Assembly: GCA_964499285.1 (NCBI GenBank) | Contig: CAZCLA010000011.1 | Location: 20,720 to 84,719, forward strand | From: an uncultured Melioribacteraceae bacterium | GTDB lineage: Bacteria > Bacteroidota > Ignavibacteria > Ignavibacteriales > Melioribacteraceae | Direction of reading: 5' to 3' | DNA: 64,000 bases | In this document: piece after piece, positions 30,413-40,122 of the stretch | Position numbering within the stretch: the stretch's first letter is position 1 | How the letters are laid out: each line of letters begins with the position of its first letter | The notes under the pieces: model-generated | What the model saw: the letters and a program-made list of their open reading frames with translations, nothing else | What the model was told of the DNA's origin: nothing | Databases searched by the model: none | Position numbers and translations under genes: made by a program

Positions 30413-31275
30413 TGAAGAAAAAAGAATTTATAGATTTGGGCGAAAGAGGGAAATATTCCCTTAAAAATAAGATTAACCATCTTACCGGTAAGGAATGGAT
30501 TAAATTTACTAAATCTTGGTTTATTCACCGGCCTCCTAGAAGAAATGGTGATGAGATTCTTCACCCGGCAAAATTTCCAGAAACTCTTGTCGAAGATTTT
30601 ATTAAATTTTTCACAAAAGAAAATGAATGGGTTCTGGATCCTTTTATGGGAACCGGAAGCACACTGATTGCTGCAGGAAATTTAAATCGAAACTGTATCG
30701 GAATTGAGCTGCAAAAAAATTATTACAAAACTTCGGAAACGAGAGTTCAAGACAGAAAGTATAAGAAAAAAATCATCCCGCTTATCGGAGATAGTAGAAA
30801 GCTAAAATCAATTTTGTCGGAAAATAACTTTAAAAATAAGTTTGATTATTCGATAACTTCTCCGCCTTATTGGAATCAGCTTGAGAGAAATAGCCTTCGA
30901 CAGAAAGTAAGAGATGAATTGGGTCTGGACACAAAATATTCATCTGCAAAAAACGATTTGGGGAATCTTAAAGATTATAACGACTTTATTGAAGAGCAAG
31001 CAAAAATTTTCGATCAAGTCTATGATGTTACAAAAAATTTAGGTTACCTTACAATTATAACGAACAATGTATATTTTAAAGGTAGACTTTTTCCCCTTGC
31101 ATTTGATACGGCAAAATCATTGACTCAAAGAGGTAAAAAAAGCTGGGTGTTAAAAGATGAACGAATTTGGCTGCAGGACGATAAACCACTTCTTGCACTT
31201 GGAGTAAATAACGCTTGGGTCGGAAATCGGCATCATCAATATTGTCTAATTTTTAGAAAAGAAGTAAATGACTGA
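30412..31275 (+). CDS. SAM-dependent DNA methyltransferase-like protein (N4-C or N6-A type), orphan
   Basis: HPAKFP (aa 51-56), DPFMGTGST (aa 76-84; SAM motif I) and SPPYW (aa 150-154; motif IV). 1-nt overlap with the upstream gene and 8-nt overlap with xseA. Confidence 0.65.
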   Translation: MKKKEFIDLGERGKYSLKNKINHLTGKEWIKFTKSWFIHRPPRRNGDEILHPAKFPETLVEDFIKFFTKENEWVLDPFMGTGSTLIAAGNLNRNCIGIELQKNYYKTSETRVQDRKYKKKIIPLIGDSRKLKSILSENNFKNKFDYSITSPPYWNQLERNSLRQKVRDELGLDTKYSSAKNDLGNLKDYNDFIEEQAKIFDQVYDVTKNLGYLTIITNNVYFKGRLFPLAFDTAKSLTQRGKKSWVLKDERIWLQDDKPLLALGVNNAWVGNRHHQYCLIFRKEVND

Positions 31276-32440
31276 AATTTATTCCGTCTCCGAAATAACG
31301 CAGGAAATTAAACAAACTCTCGAAGAAAATTTCCAAGATATTCTTATCGAGGGAGAAATATCGAATTTTAAAGATCACGTTTCCGGGCATTGGTACTTTT
31401 CCTTAAAGGACAAGAACGCATCAATCAACTGCACAATGTGGAAAGGATTAAACAGTTATGTGTTTTTCACCCCTGACAACGGGATGAAAGTAATCGCAAG
31501 GGGGAAAATTACAGTGTATCCGCCGCGCGGCACATATCAGCTTGATGTAAGATCATTAAAACCTTCCGGTGAAGGTGAACTCCAAGCAGCTTTTGAAAGA
31601 TTGAAAGCAAGATTAGCCGAAGAAGGATTGTTTGACATTGAACACAAACAACCGATTCCTCAATTTCCGAAAACCATAGGATTGATAACTGGGTCAGAAA
31701 GCGCTGCATACAACGATTTGGTATCGTCTGCAAAACGCAGATTTCCGATTGCTCATTTATATGTGTGTCCCGTAAGAGTACAAGGGGAAGGCGGCGCCGA
31801 ACAAATTTCTTACGCAATTGAATATTTGAATGAAGAGATCAAACCTGATGTGATTATAGTTGCGAGAGGTGGTGGTTCAATCGAGGACTTATGGGCTTTT
31901 AACGAAGAAAAAACCGCAAGAGCAATTTTTAACTCAAAGGTTCCGATCATTTCAGGCGTAGGACACGAAATAGATTTTACTATAGCGGATTTTGTGGCTG
32001 ATCTTCGGGCTGCGACTCCTACTGCAGCTATGGAATTAGCAACTCCCGATCAGAATGATATTATTGCATTTCTTCAAACCTTTAATGAAATCAATGCGGA
32101 AGAATTGAATAAGAAGCTGAGTAACATTAAAAGAGAAATTAATAACATAATAAATTCATATTCATTTAAAAGTGCCGGCGAAATTGTGAAAATAAAATCA
32201 CAGCGTCTGGATCATTCTTACTATATATTGAATAATGGAATAAAAAATATTTTGAAACAACATTCTCATAAAGTCGCAATATTATCAGGAGTTGTGCATA
32301 ACAATTCAGTCACTCGTAATCTTCAGAAAGGATATACTATTGTTGAACAAAACTCTCAAAATATTTTAAGATCAGCACAATTAAACGTAGAACAACCCTT
32401 TGAAATTATTTTTTTTGATAAAAAACTTAAAATAAAGTAA
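31268..32440 (+). CDS. xseA: Exodeoxyribonuclease VII large subunit
   Basis: N-terminal OB fold (IEGEISNFKDHVSGHWYFSLKD), ARGGGSIEDLWAFNEE, GVGHEIDFTIADFVAD. Confidence 0.9.
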   Translation: MTEIYSVSEITQEIKQTLEENFQDILIEGEISNFKDHVSGHWYFSLKDKNASINCTMWKGLNSYVFFTPDNGMKVIARGKITVYPPRGTYQLDVRSLKPSGEGELQAAFERLKARLAEEGLFDIEHKQPIPQFPKTIGLITGSESAAYNDLVSSAKRRFPIAHLYVCPVRVQGEGGAEQISYAIEYLNEEIKPDVIIVARGGGSIEDLWAFNEEKTARAIFNSKVPIISGVGHEIDFTIADFVADLRAATPTAAMELATPDQNDIIAFLQTFNEINAEELNKKLSNIKREINNIINSYSFKSAGEIVKIKSQRLDHSYYILNNGIKNILKQHSHKVAILSGVVHNNSVTRNLQKGYTIVEQNSQNILRSAQLNVEQPFEIIFFDKKLKIK

Positions 32441-32441
32441 C

Positions 32442-32669
32442 ATGGCTAAACAAAAAAAAAGAACATTTGAAGAAGCCTTAGAAAGGCTTGAAGAAATTTC
32501 CGAAAAACTTGAATCCGAGGAAGTTGGGTTGAACGAGTCAATTCAGCTTTATGAGGAAGGAATTTTATTGTCGGAATATTGTTATGGCGAATTGAAAAAA
32601 GCCGAACAAAAAATTACAAAATTGAAATTAAAATTTGAGGATTCTTCAACTGATGAATCCGAAGAATAG
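32442..32669 (+). CDS. xseB: Exodeoxyribonuclease VII small subunit
   Basis: 75 aa. FEEALERLEEISEKLE...LNESIQLYEEG. Confidence 0.85.
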   Translation: MAKQKKRTFEEALERLEEISEKLESEEVGLNESIQLYEEGILLSEYCYGELKKAEQKITKLKLKFEDSSTDESEE

Positions 32670-32685
32670 TAGGGAGTTGATCTAA

Positions 32686-34605
32686 ATGGTTGATCATTCA
32701 AAGTATAAGGTATTGTTTGATGTTGATTCACCAAGCGATATTCGTGAATTTGATGTGAAAAAGCTTAAGCTTCTGTGTACTGAAATCCGTGAGTATATGG
32801 TTGATGTCATATCCCAAATAGGTGGTCATTTTGGCGGAGGTCTGGGTTCGGTTGAACTTACAGTTGCGCTTCATAAAGTCTTTAATACACCTTATGATAA
32901 AATAATTTGGGATACGGGACATCAAGCATACCCGCATAAAATAATTACCGGAAGAAGAGATCGACTCGTCACCATAAGGCGGCTCAATGGATTAAGCGGA
33001 TTTTTGAAACGTGCTGAAAGCGAATACGATGAATTCGGCGCGGGTCATGCTTCTACATCAATCTCAGCAGCTCTTGGAATTGCTACGGCAAGCACAATTA
33101 AACAGGAGAAAAGAAGAGTTATTGCCGTAATAGGAGACGGAGCGATGACAGGCGGAATGGCTTATGAGGCAATGAATAATTCCGGTATCCTAAAAAATGA
33201 TTTAATAGTTGTTTTGAATGATAATAATATGTCCATTGCTCCGAACGTGTGGCAAATTTCAAATTATTTTACAGAAATGATTTCACATCCCGAATACAAT
33301 AAGTTCAAAGGAGCAATTTGGGATTTAACCGGCAAACTCGATGATTTTGGAGATCGATTACGAAGAGTTGCTGCGCGGCTTGAATCTGGTATTAAGGCAG
33401 TTATAACTCCGGGGATGCTTTTTGAAGCACTTGGTTTTCGTTATTTTGGACCTGTTAACGGACATAATATCGGGCAGTTAGTAAAACTTTTTGAACACGT
33501 AAAACCATTAAATGGACCAATTTTAGTTCATACTCTAACTCAAAAAGGAAAAGGATATAAACCGGCTGAAGGACATGTTCAAAAACTCCATGCCTCGACA
33601 CCGTTCGATAAAGTAACAGGGAAAGCAGTTAAAAAGCCGGGAGGTGCCCCTTCATATACATCCGTATTCGGAAAAGCACTTGTCGAAATAGTGAAATCGA
33701 ATGAAAATGTAGTTGGGATAACGGCTGCAATGCCGGATGGAACAGGTCTTGATTTACTTAATAAAGAAGTTCCGGATAAATATTTCGATGTGGGTATAGC
33801 CGAAGAACACGCTGTAACTTTTGCAGCCGGACTTGCAACACAGGGAATTATCCCCTTTGTTGCGATCTACTCAAGTTTTCTGCAAAGAGGTTTCGACCAG
33901 ATCGTTCACGATGTAGCTCTTCAAAATCTACACGTTGTTTTTGTGCTTGATCGAGCTGGTTTGGTCGGCGCTGATGGTCCGACTCACCATGGTACATTCG
34001 ATCTTACTTATCTTAGAATGATCCCTAATATGGTAATTATGGCGCCTAAAGATGAAGCAGAATTACGAGATATGATGTATACTGCAGTCAATCATAAACA
34101 AGGTCCAATAGCTCTGCGGTATCCGCGAGGTTCCGCACTTGGTGTCGAAATAAAAGATCATTTTACTGAACTTGAAATCGGTAAAGCAGAAATTATTAAA
34201 GAAGGCGAAGATATAGCATTACTGGCAGTCGGCTCTATGGTCGAATATTCTAAAGAAGCCGCGGAAAAATTAGATATTGAGGGTATTCACTGTGAGGTTA
34301 TAAATATGCGATTTATCAAACCGCTCGACGAACAAATGCTTGATTATGCTGCATCAAAATTTGATAAGATTGTTACACTCGAAGAGAATACTCTGCAGGG
34401 CGGTTTCGGAAGTGGAGTATTAGAATACTATTCAGATAAAGGCATTCATAAAAACATTCTTAGGATAGGAATTCCTGATAAATTTATCGATCATGGAACT
34501 CAAGCAGAACTGCATAAAATTATTAAAATTGATCCCATTGGGATAGTAGAGAAAGTGAAAGTGTTTACCGGAAACATAGGTGAGGTTGTCGAGGTTACGG
34601 AATAA
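32686..34605 (+). CDS. dxs: 1-deoxy-D-xylulose-5-phosphate synthase
   Basis: GGHFGGGLGSVELTVALH, GHQAYPHKIITGRR, and the TPP motif GDGAMTGGMAYEAMNN. Confidence 0.95.
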   Translation: MVDHSKYKVLFDVDSPSDIREFDVKKLKLLCTEIREYMVDVISQIGGHFGGGLGSVELTVALHKVFNTPYDKIIWDTGHQAYPHKIITGRRDRLVTIRRLNGLSGFLKRAESEYDEFGAGHASTSISAALGIATASTIKQEKRRVIAVIGDGAMTGGMAYEAMNNSGILKNDLIVVLNDNNMSIAPNVWQISNYFTEMISHPEYNKFKGAIWDLTGKLDDFGDRLRRVAARLESGIKAVITPGMLFEALGFRYFGPVNGHNIGQLVKLFEHVKPLNGPILVHTLTQKGKGYKPAEGHVQKLHASTPFDKVTGKAVKKPGGAPSYTSVFGKALVEIVKSNENVVGITAAMPDGTGLDLLNKEVPDKYFDVGIAEEHAVTFAAGLATQGIIPFVAIYSSFLQRGFDQIVHDVALQNLHVVFVLDRAGLVGADGPTHHGTFDLTYLRMIPNMVIMAPKDEAELRDMMYTAVNHKQGPIALRYPRGSALGVEIKDHFTELEIGKAEIIKEGEDIALLAVGSMVEYSKEAAEKLDIEGIHCEVINMRFIKPLDEQMLDYAASKFDKIVTLEENTLQGGFGSGVLEYYSDKGIHKNILRIGIPDKFIDHGTQAELHKIIKIDPIGIVEKVKVFTGNIGEVVEVTE

Positions 34606-35615
34606 TGGAAAAACTTAATGTCGGAATAATCGGTATCGGAGGAATTGCTCAGGTTGTTCATCTTCCGATAATCGCAAAAATGACAAATGTTAATCTTCAT
34701 TCGGTTGCGGAAATTAATAAAAGACGACTTTCTGCAATTGCTGAAAACTATAATATCAAAAATGCTTTCACTGATTACAAGGAGATGCTTAAGGACAAAA
34801 ACATAAATGCGGTGATCATTACGACTCCGACTAACACACACTGTCAAATAGCCTTAGATGCATTGAATTCCGGGAAAAACATACTCGTTGAAAAACCTGT
34901 CGCAAGAAATTATGAAGAAGCAAAAAGTATAAAAGAAGCCTCAATTAAAAATAAAAAGATTGCGATGGTAGGGATGAATGCGAGATTTCGTCCGGACTCT
35001 ATGCTTCTTAAAAGTTTGTTGAAAAGCGGTGAACTTGGTGAAATCTTTTATATCAAATCCAGCTGGATTAGAAAACAAAGTTCGGATCAAAAATGGTTTT
35101 TGAAGCGAAGCGATGCCGGCGGGGGAGTAGTTCTCGATTTGGGAATCTCGATACTCGATCTTGCTCTCTGGCTTTATGATTTTACTCCCGTCAAAGATAT
35201 GTCAGTTCATAACTTTTATCATACAACTCGATCTGTAGAAGACTCATCGGTTGGTTTAATAAAATTTGAGGATAATAAATTATTCAGTTATGATGTAAGC
35301 TGGTCAATACATTCGGAAAGGAGCAGCTTTACTCTTGCTGCTTACGGAACTAAAGGAACCGCTTATCTAAATCCTTTTAAGGTCTTCAAAAAAGTTGGTG
35401 GTTCAAATTTGGATATCAGTCCGACCAATACGGCCAGTGCGAAAAATTTGTTCAAGAAATCATATGAGAATGAACTCAAACATTTTTTCGGTACAATAGA
35501 AGACCCCGAAAATTTAATTTCTTCAATTGACGATTCTCTTGTTAGAATGAAACTGATTGAGGGAATTTATAAATCAGCCAATTTAAAACAGGAGACGGTT
35601 AATAGTGGCTCATAA
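34605..35615 (+). CDS. Gfo/Idh/MocA family oxidoreductase
   Basis: N-terminal Rossmann motif LNVGIIGIGGIA and EKPVA. Confidence 0.8.
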   Translation: MEKLNVGIIGIGGIAQVVHLPIIAKMTNVNLHSVAEINKRRLSAIAENYNIKNAFTDYKEMLKDKNINAVIITTPTNTHCQIALDALNSGKNILVEKPVARNYEEAKSIKEASIKNKKIAMVGMNARFRPDSMLLKSLLKSGELGEIFYIKSSWIRKQSSDQKWFLKRSDAGGGVVLDLGISILDLALWLYDFTPVKDMSVHNFYHTTRSVEDSSVGLIKFEDNKLFSYDVSWSIHSERSSFTLAAYGTKGTAYLNPFKVFKKVGGSNLDISPTNTASAKNLFKKSYENELKHFFGTIEDPENLISSIDDSLVRMKLIEGIYKSANLKQETVNSGS

Positions 35616-36297
35616 AGTTCTGCTTGTCGATGATGAAGAAGATATTTTGGAGTTTATGCAGTATAATCTTGAGCAGGAGGGATTTGGAGTCGTGACTGCA
35701 AATAACGGTGAAGAAGCTCTTAGTAAACTCACTTCCGAAATAAGCCTGGTTATTCTTGACGTAATGATGCCTAAGATGAACGGATATGAGGTTTGTTCCA
35801 ACATTCGTTCACAAATGAAATATCAAGATCTTCCGGTAATTTTTCTTACAGCTAAGTCAAGTGAAAAGGATGAAGTCCATGGTCTAAACATCGGTGCCGA
35901 TGATTTTATCAAAAAACCAATTAGTCCTCAAAAACTTATTGCAAGGGTAAAATCGAATTTGCGAAAGCTTGAGTTAACTTCCTTAGATGCTGCGGCGAAA
36001 GAAAAAATTGTAATCGGACCGCTTCAGATAGACCGCAGCATTTTTACAATTCTTGTTGACGGCAAAGAAATTATTTTTCCGAAAAAGGAGTTTGAAATTC
36101 TTTCATATTTGGCGTCGCAGCCGGGAAAAGTTTTTCCCCGTGAAAAACTCTTAAGTGACATTTGGGGGACCGACATTTTTGTTGTGGAACGCACGGTGGA
36201 TGTTCATATAAGAAAAATAAGAGAAAAGTTAGGAAAGTATTCAGATTTGATTGAGACAATTAAAGGAGTGGGATATCGCTTCAAGAATATTGAATAG
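35605..36297 (+). CDS. OmpR/PhoB-family response regulator
   Basis: GTG start. Receiver domain (LLVDDEEDI, ..LDVMMPKMNG, ..LTAK) and a winged-helix domain ending in GVGYRF. Confidence 0.9.
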   Translation: MAHKVLLVDDEEDILEFMQYNLEQEGFGVVTANNGEEALSKLTSEISLVILDVMMPKMNGYEVCSNIRSQMKYQDLPVIFLTAKSSEKDEVHGLNIGADDFIKKPISPQKLIARVKSNLRKLELTSLDAAAKEKIVIGPLQIDRSIFTILVDGKEIIFPKKEFEILSYLASQPGKVFPREKLLSDIWGTDIFVVERTVDVHIRKIREKLGKYSDLIETIKGVGYRFKNIE

Positions 36298-37315
36298 ATA
36301 TTTTTACTATTTCAAAAAATACTATTCGTTTTTAGTTGTACCAAGTTTTTTCTTATTAATAATTCTGCTTTACGGATTCCAACTGAATCTATTTCAAACT
36401 ATCTTTATAATCCTATCGCTAATTTTATTCTACGCCTTGATAATTGCCCTTCTCGTTGTTCATCGAAATCAAGAGTTAAAGTTGATAAGAGAAATTCTTG
36501 AGGATATAACTTTTAATCGAGTTCAAAGTTCTAATGCGATTCATCTAACAAAGGAACTACCGGATTTAGAGCAAACTCTAAAAGCGATGTTCATTAAGAT
36601 TAAGAATGATATAAATTACCTTAAAAAGCTTGAACAGACCAGAACCGAATTTTTAGGAAATGTTTCTCATGAATTAAGGACACCGATTTTTGCGATTCAA
36701 GGATATTTGGAAACACTTATAAACGGTGCAGTAAATGATCCGAAGGTTAATAATAAATTTCTTCAAAAAGCTTTGTTTCATACTGATAATTTAAATATGC
36801 TTCTCGAGGATTTGATTGATATTTCGATGATAGAATCGGGTCAAATGAGGTTGAAATTTCAAACCTCGCCAATTTTACCCGTACTTAAAAGATCAATCGA
36901 ACAATTTTCGGAAGAAGCTGCTAAGAAAGGATTAAAATTAGATCTACAGATAGATAATACGGAATTGGAGCTTTTTTTTGATACGGAAAGAATAATTCAA
37001 GTTCTCACAAATCTTCTTTCGAATGCAATTAAATATTCTGAAAAAGGTGAAGTGAAAATTATTGTAAATGAAAAAAACAAGAGTGCAAAAATTACCGTAA
37101 AGGATACAGGATTCGGAATTGCCTCAAAAGATATTGATAGAATTTTTGAAAGATTTTATAGAACTGACCGCGATAGATCACGCCAAATTGGAGGAACGGG
37201 ATTAGGATTAGCTATAGTCAAACACATAGTAGAAGCTCACAACTCAAAAATTGAGGTTAAAAGCAAAATCGGGGTAGGAAGTGAATTTTCTTTCTTTTTG
37301 AAGAAATATCCTTGA
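36251..37315 (+). CDS. Sensor histidine kinase
   Basis: Two N-terminal TMs, H-box SHELRTP, N-box NLLSNAIKYS, G1 DTGFGI, G2 GGTGLGLAIVK. The exact start is uncertain (overlaps the response regulator gene). Confidence 0.9.
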   Translation: MRQLKEWDIASRILNRYFYYFKKYYSFLVVPSFFLLIILLYGFQLNLFQTIFIILSLILFYALIIALLVVHRNQELKLIREILEDITFNRVQSSNAIHLTKELPDLEQTLKAMFIKIKNDINYLKKLEQTRTEFLGNVSHELRTPIFAIQGYLETLINGAVNDPKVNNKFLQKALFHTDNLNMLLEDLIDISMIESGQMRLKFQTSPILPVLKRSIEQFSEEAAKKGLKLDLQIDNTELELFFDTERIIQVLTNLLSNAIKYSEKGEVKIIVNEKNKSAKITVKDTGFGIASKDIDRIFERFYRTDRDRSRQIGGTGLGLAIVKHIVEAHNSKIEVKSKIGVGSEFSFFLKKYP

Positions 37316-37357
37316 TAATTTACTTTTTGCAGCAATATTAATTCCGAAATTCATTTA

Positions 37358-37386
37358 TTGACATAAAATTGCGGGATACTTATATT
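37358..37386 (+). promoter_or_regulatory. Near-consensus sigma70-type promoter (TTGACA-17 nt-TATATT) for rplU-rpmA
   Basis: TTGACA at 37358-37363, a 17-nt spacer, and TATATT at 37381-37386, about 30 nt upstream of the rplU start. Confidence 0.6.
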
Positions 37387-37417
37387 TACAGTTCTAAATT
37401 TTTCGATGGAGGATTTG

Positions 37418-37726
37418 ATGTTTGCAGTTGTTGATATTGCAGGACAACAATTTAAGGTAGCGGAAAACACTAAATATTATGTTCCAAGAATCGCTGCTGA
37501 TCAAAATTCAACTGTTACTTTTGATAATATTCTTTTACTTAACGACGGAAAAAACACAAAAGTTGGAGCTCCTATAATTGAAGGCGCAAAAGTTACGGCT
37601 AAAGTTTTGGAACATGTGAAGGATGATAAAGTTGTTGTTTTCAAGAAAAAAAGAAGAAAATCTTACAAACTAAAACGCGGTCACAGACAGCAATTGACAA
37701 GAATTGAAATTACAAAGATAGGTTAA
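37418..37726 (+). CDS. rplU: 50S ribosomal protein L21
   Basis: MFAVVDIAGQQFKV... ATG 37418 is preferred over 37406 because GGAGGA (37409-37414) precedes it. Confidence 0.95.
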   Translation: MFAVVDIAGQQFKVAENTKYYVPRIAADQNSTVTFDNILLLNDGKNTKVGAPIIEGAKVTAKVLEHVKDDKVVVFKKKRRKSYKLKRGHRQQLTRIEITKIG

Positions 37727-37743
37727 TAACCGGAGGTATATAA

Positions 37744-38001
37744 ATGGCTCATAAAAAAGGTCAAGGATCATCGAGGAACGGAAGAGATAGTAATCCTCAA
37801 TATTTGGGCGTGAAAAGATTCGGCGGTCAAAAAGTATCTGCCGGTTCAATAATAGTAAGACAAAGAGGAACTAAATTTCACCCGGGCGTTAATGTGAAAA
37901 GAGGCGGGGATGATACATTGTTTGCTTTGATTGACGGTTACGTTAAGTTTGAGACAAAAGCAAATAATAGAAAATTTATTAGTGTCCTAGAAAACGCTTA
38001 A
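37744..38001 (+). CDS. rpmA: 50S ribosomal protein L27
   Basis: [29 protein letters not shown]. Confidence 0.95.
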   Translation: MAHKKGQGSSRNGRDSNPQYLGVKRFGGQKVSAGSIIVRQRGTKFHPGVNVKRGGDDTLFALIDGYVKFETKANNRKFISVLENA

Positions 38002-38023
38002 TAAGATTTCGATTTTCATAAAC

Positions 38024-38056
38024 AAAACCCTCAATTTTTTTGAGGGTTTTTTGTTT
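38024..38056. terminator. Bidirectional rho-independent terminator between convergent rpmA and the TerB-like gene
   Basis: AAAACCCTCAA (38024-38034) pairs with TTGAGGGTTTT (38040-50). An A-run lies upstream and a T-run downstream. Confidence 0.85.
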
Positions 38057-38107
38057 TAAAGCTTTTTGTGTTTGAAAAGTTATATTAACAATAATTCATG
38101 TAAGTTT

Positions 38108-38575
38108 TTAGCTCATTCCATTTTTTACTTCAAGCTTTGCTGTTATTAGATCTTTGTGTTCGAGATGTAGATTACGGTTGATAGTTCTAATAAAATGTTC
38201 TTCGTATTTATTTATTTTCTCATCCGATAAAATCAGCCGCCAAAGATTTTTGACAACTCTATATTTTTGATCTTTTGAGAAATGTGAATTTATAACATCA
38301 GTAAATTCATAAAGACTCACACTGTTTTCTATAATTTCGTCAGCTTGCTTCATCAATTCTTCAACCTCATTTTCAGAGAGATCGAAAGTACTTTGCATCA
38401 AACTTATAATAAGTTTTTTCTCTGTTTTCGAAAAATTGTCATCAGATTTTGCAACTTCCAAAAAGAGAGCACATGTTGCAATTTCAACTTTGCGTTTTAT
38501 GTTTTCATCTCTATTTTCTATTTTATTTTCTTTATTGTTTAAATCGTCAAACAGATTTTTAAAGAAATTAATCAT
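38108..38575 (-). CDS. TerB-like (tellurite-resistance TerB / DjlA N-terminal-like) domain protein
   Basis: 155 aa. ATCALFLEVAKSDDNFSKTEKKLI...VINSHFSKDQKYRVVKNLWRLILSDEKINKYEEHFI. Confidence 0.65.
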   Translation of the reverse strand: MINFFKNLFDDLNNKENKIENRDENIKRKVEIATCALFLEVAKSDDNFSKTEKKLIISLMQSTFDLSENEVEELMKQADEIIENSVSLYEFTDVINSHFSKDQKYRVVKNLWRLILSDEKINKYEEHFIRTINRNLHLEHKDLITAKLEVKNGMS

Positions 38576-40122
38576 TCATCATCTCCGCTGGTTTCGATCA
38601 CTTCTCTTTCGTCATTTCTATATTTCGAATGTCTTTGAAAATATTCAACAAGTTTATCGTAATCCTCTGAGAGTGACGTATAAATTTGATCCCAAGTGAA
38701 ACGCCAAGTCCAATTGCCACCTAATTTACTCGGGAAATTCATTCGAGCGTCAGTTCCGAGGTTTAGTATATCCTGCATCGGAATGATTACAATATTTGCT
38801 ACAGACATATAAGCTGCTCGTATTAAAGCTCCGCGCATATCGTTACCGTAATATCCTAAATAATTTTGAGCCCACTCATAAATATCGCTGTCGCTATTTT
38901 TGGCTTCTTCAAAAAATCCGCGAGTTGTGTCGTTATCGTGTGAGCCAGTGTAGACAACACAATTTTCAATATGATTATGAGGGAGAAACTTTTTATCCCC
39001 CGCAGAACCAAACGCAAATTGAAGTATCTTCATTCCCGGGAAATTAAATGTATCTCGGAGTTTTTCAACATCGGCAGTGATCACACCGAGATCCTCGGCA
39101 AGTATTGGAAGATCGCCCAGAGAATCTTTAATTGCGTTGAATAGTTTTTCGCCGGGAGCTTTTACCCATCTGCCTGTTACTGCAGTTGGAGCATCACCTG
39201 GAATTTCCCAATAGGCGTCAAACCCCCTGAAGTGATCTATACGAATTATATCAATCAACTCAAGAGTTTTTGAAATTCGTTTTTTCCACCAATCGAAATT
39301 ATTTTCTTCCATTTTTTTCCACTTGTAAAGTGGATTTCCCCACAGTTGACCTGTCGGACTGAAATAATCAGGCGGTACACCTGCAACTGTCTCAAGTTTT
39401 CCTTCCTCACCAATGCTGAATAGTTCCTTGTTTCCCCAAAGATCAGCACTGTCATATGCAATATAAATTGGGAGGTCTCCTATTATTTTAATCCCTTTAT
39501 TGTTTGCATATTCCTTAACTTTTTTCCATTGCTTATCAAATTGATATTGAACAAACTTATGATAGAGAATTTCGTCATTTAGTTTTTCGCTCCACCGTTC
39601 AATAGCACCTTCTTGCCTGAATGCAATATCTTTGCTCCATTGTGACCACGTAACACTATTATGAAATTGCTTCACTGACATAAATAATGCGTAGTCGTTA
39701 AGCCAATAAGCATTCTTTTTAATGAATTCTTCATAGTCTGGAACTGTTGATTCTTTTTTCATCCAATAATTATTGAACGATGTTTTTAAAAGTTCGCTTT
39801 TAGATTTTATTACCTCTCCAAATTCAATGTGAATTTCGTTGTATCTCGGATATTCTTTTAAATCACTCTCACTCAGAAGCCCTTCTTCAACTAAAATATC
39901 CGGGCTAATAAGAAGCGGATTTCCAGCAAAAGCTGAAAAACATTGATAAGGTGAATCGCCATAACCTGTTGGTCCTAGCGGAAAAATTTGCCAAAGTGTC
40001 TGAGAGGCTTCTTCTAAAAAATCAACAAATCGATATGCATCCTTTCCAAAATCACCGATGCCGTACTTACTTGGCAAAGATGTTGGATGCAACAATAATC
40101 CGGCAGAGCGTTCGAATTCCAT
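38572..40122 (-). CDS. malQ: 4-alpha-glucanotransferase (amylomaltase, GH77)
   Basis: RSAGLLLHPTSLPS, GPTGYGDSPYQ, GDLPIYIAYDSADLW, IRIDHFRGF, YTGSHDNDT. Confidence 0.95.
   Translation of the reverse strand: MEFERSAGLLLHPTSLPSKYGIGDFGKDAYRFVDFLEEASQTLWQIFPLGPTGYGDSPYQCFSAFAGNPLLISPDILVEEGLLSESDLKEYPRYNEIHIEFGEVIKSKSELLKTSFNNYWMKKESTVPDYEEFIKKNAYWLNDYALFMSVKQFHNSVTWSQWSKDIAFRQEGAIERWSEKLNDEILYHKFVQYQFDKQWKKVKEYANNKGIKIIGDLPIYIAYDSADLWGNKELFSIGEEGKLETVAGVPPDYFSPTGQLWGNPLYKWKKMEENNFDWWKKRISKTLELIDIIRIDHFRGFDAYWEIPGDAPTAVTGRWVKAPGEKLFNAIKDSLGDLPILAEDLGVITADVEKLRDTFNFPGMKILQFAFGSAGDKKFLPHNHIENCVVYTGSHDNDTTRGFFEEAKNSDSDIYEWAQNYLGYYGNDMRGALIRAAYMSVANIVIIPMQDILNLGTDARMNFPSKLGGNWTWRFTWDQIYTSLSEDYDKLVEYFQRHSKYRNDEREVIETSGDDE

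Noticed and set aside
30412-31275. Restriction-modification system or defence island around the methyltransferase
   Set aside because: Both neighbours are confidently housekeeping (a TonB-dependent receptor and xseA) and overlap the MTase gene. No endonuclease, specificity subunit, helicase, integrase or repeat boundary is present.
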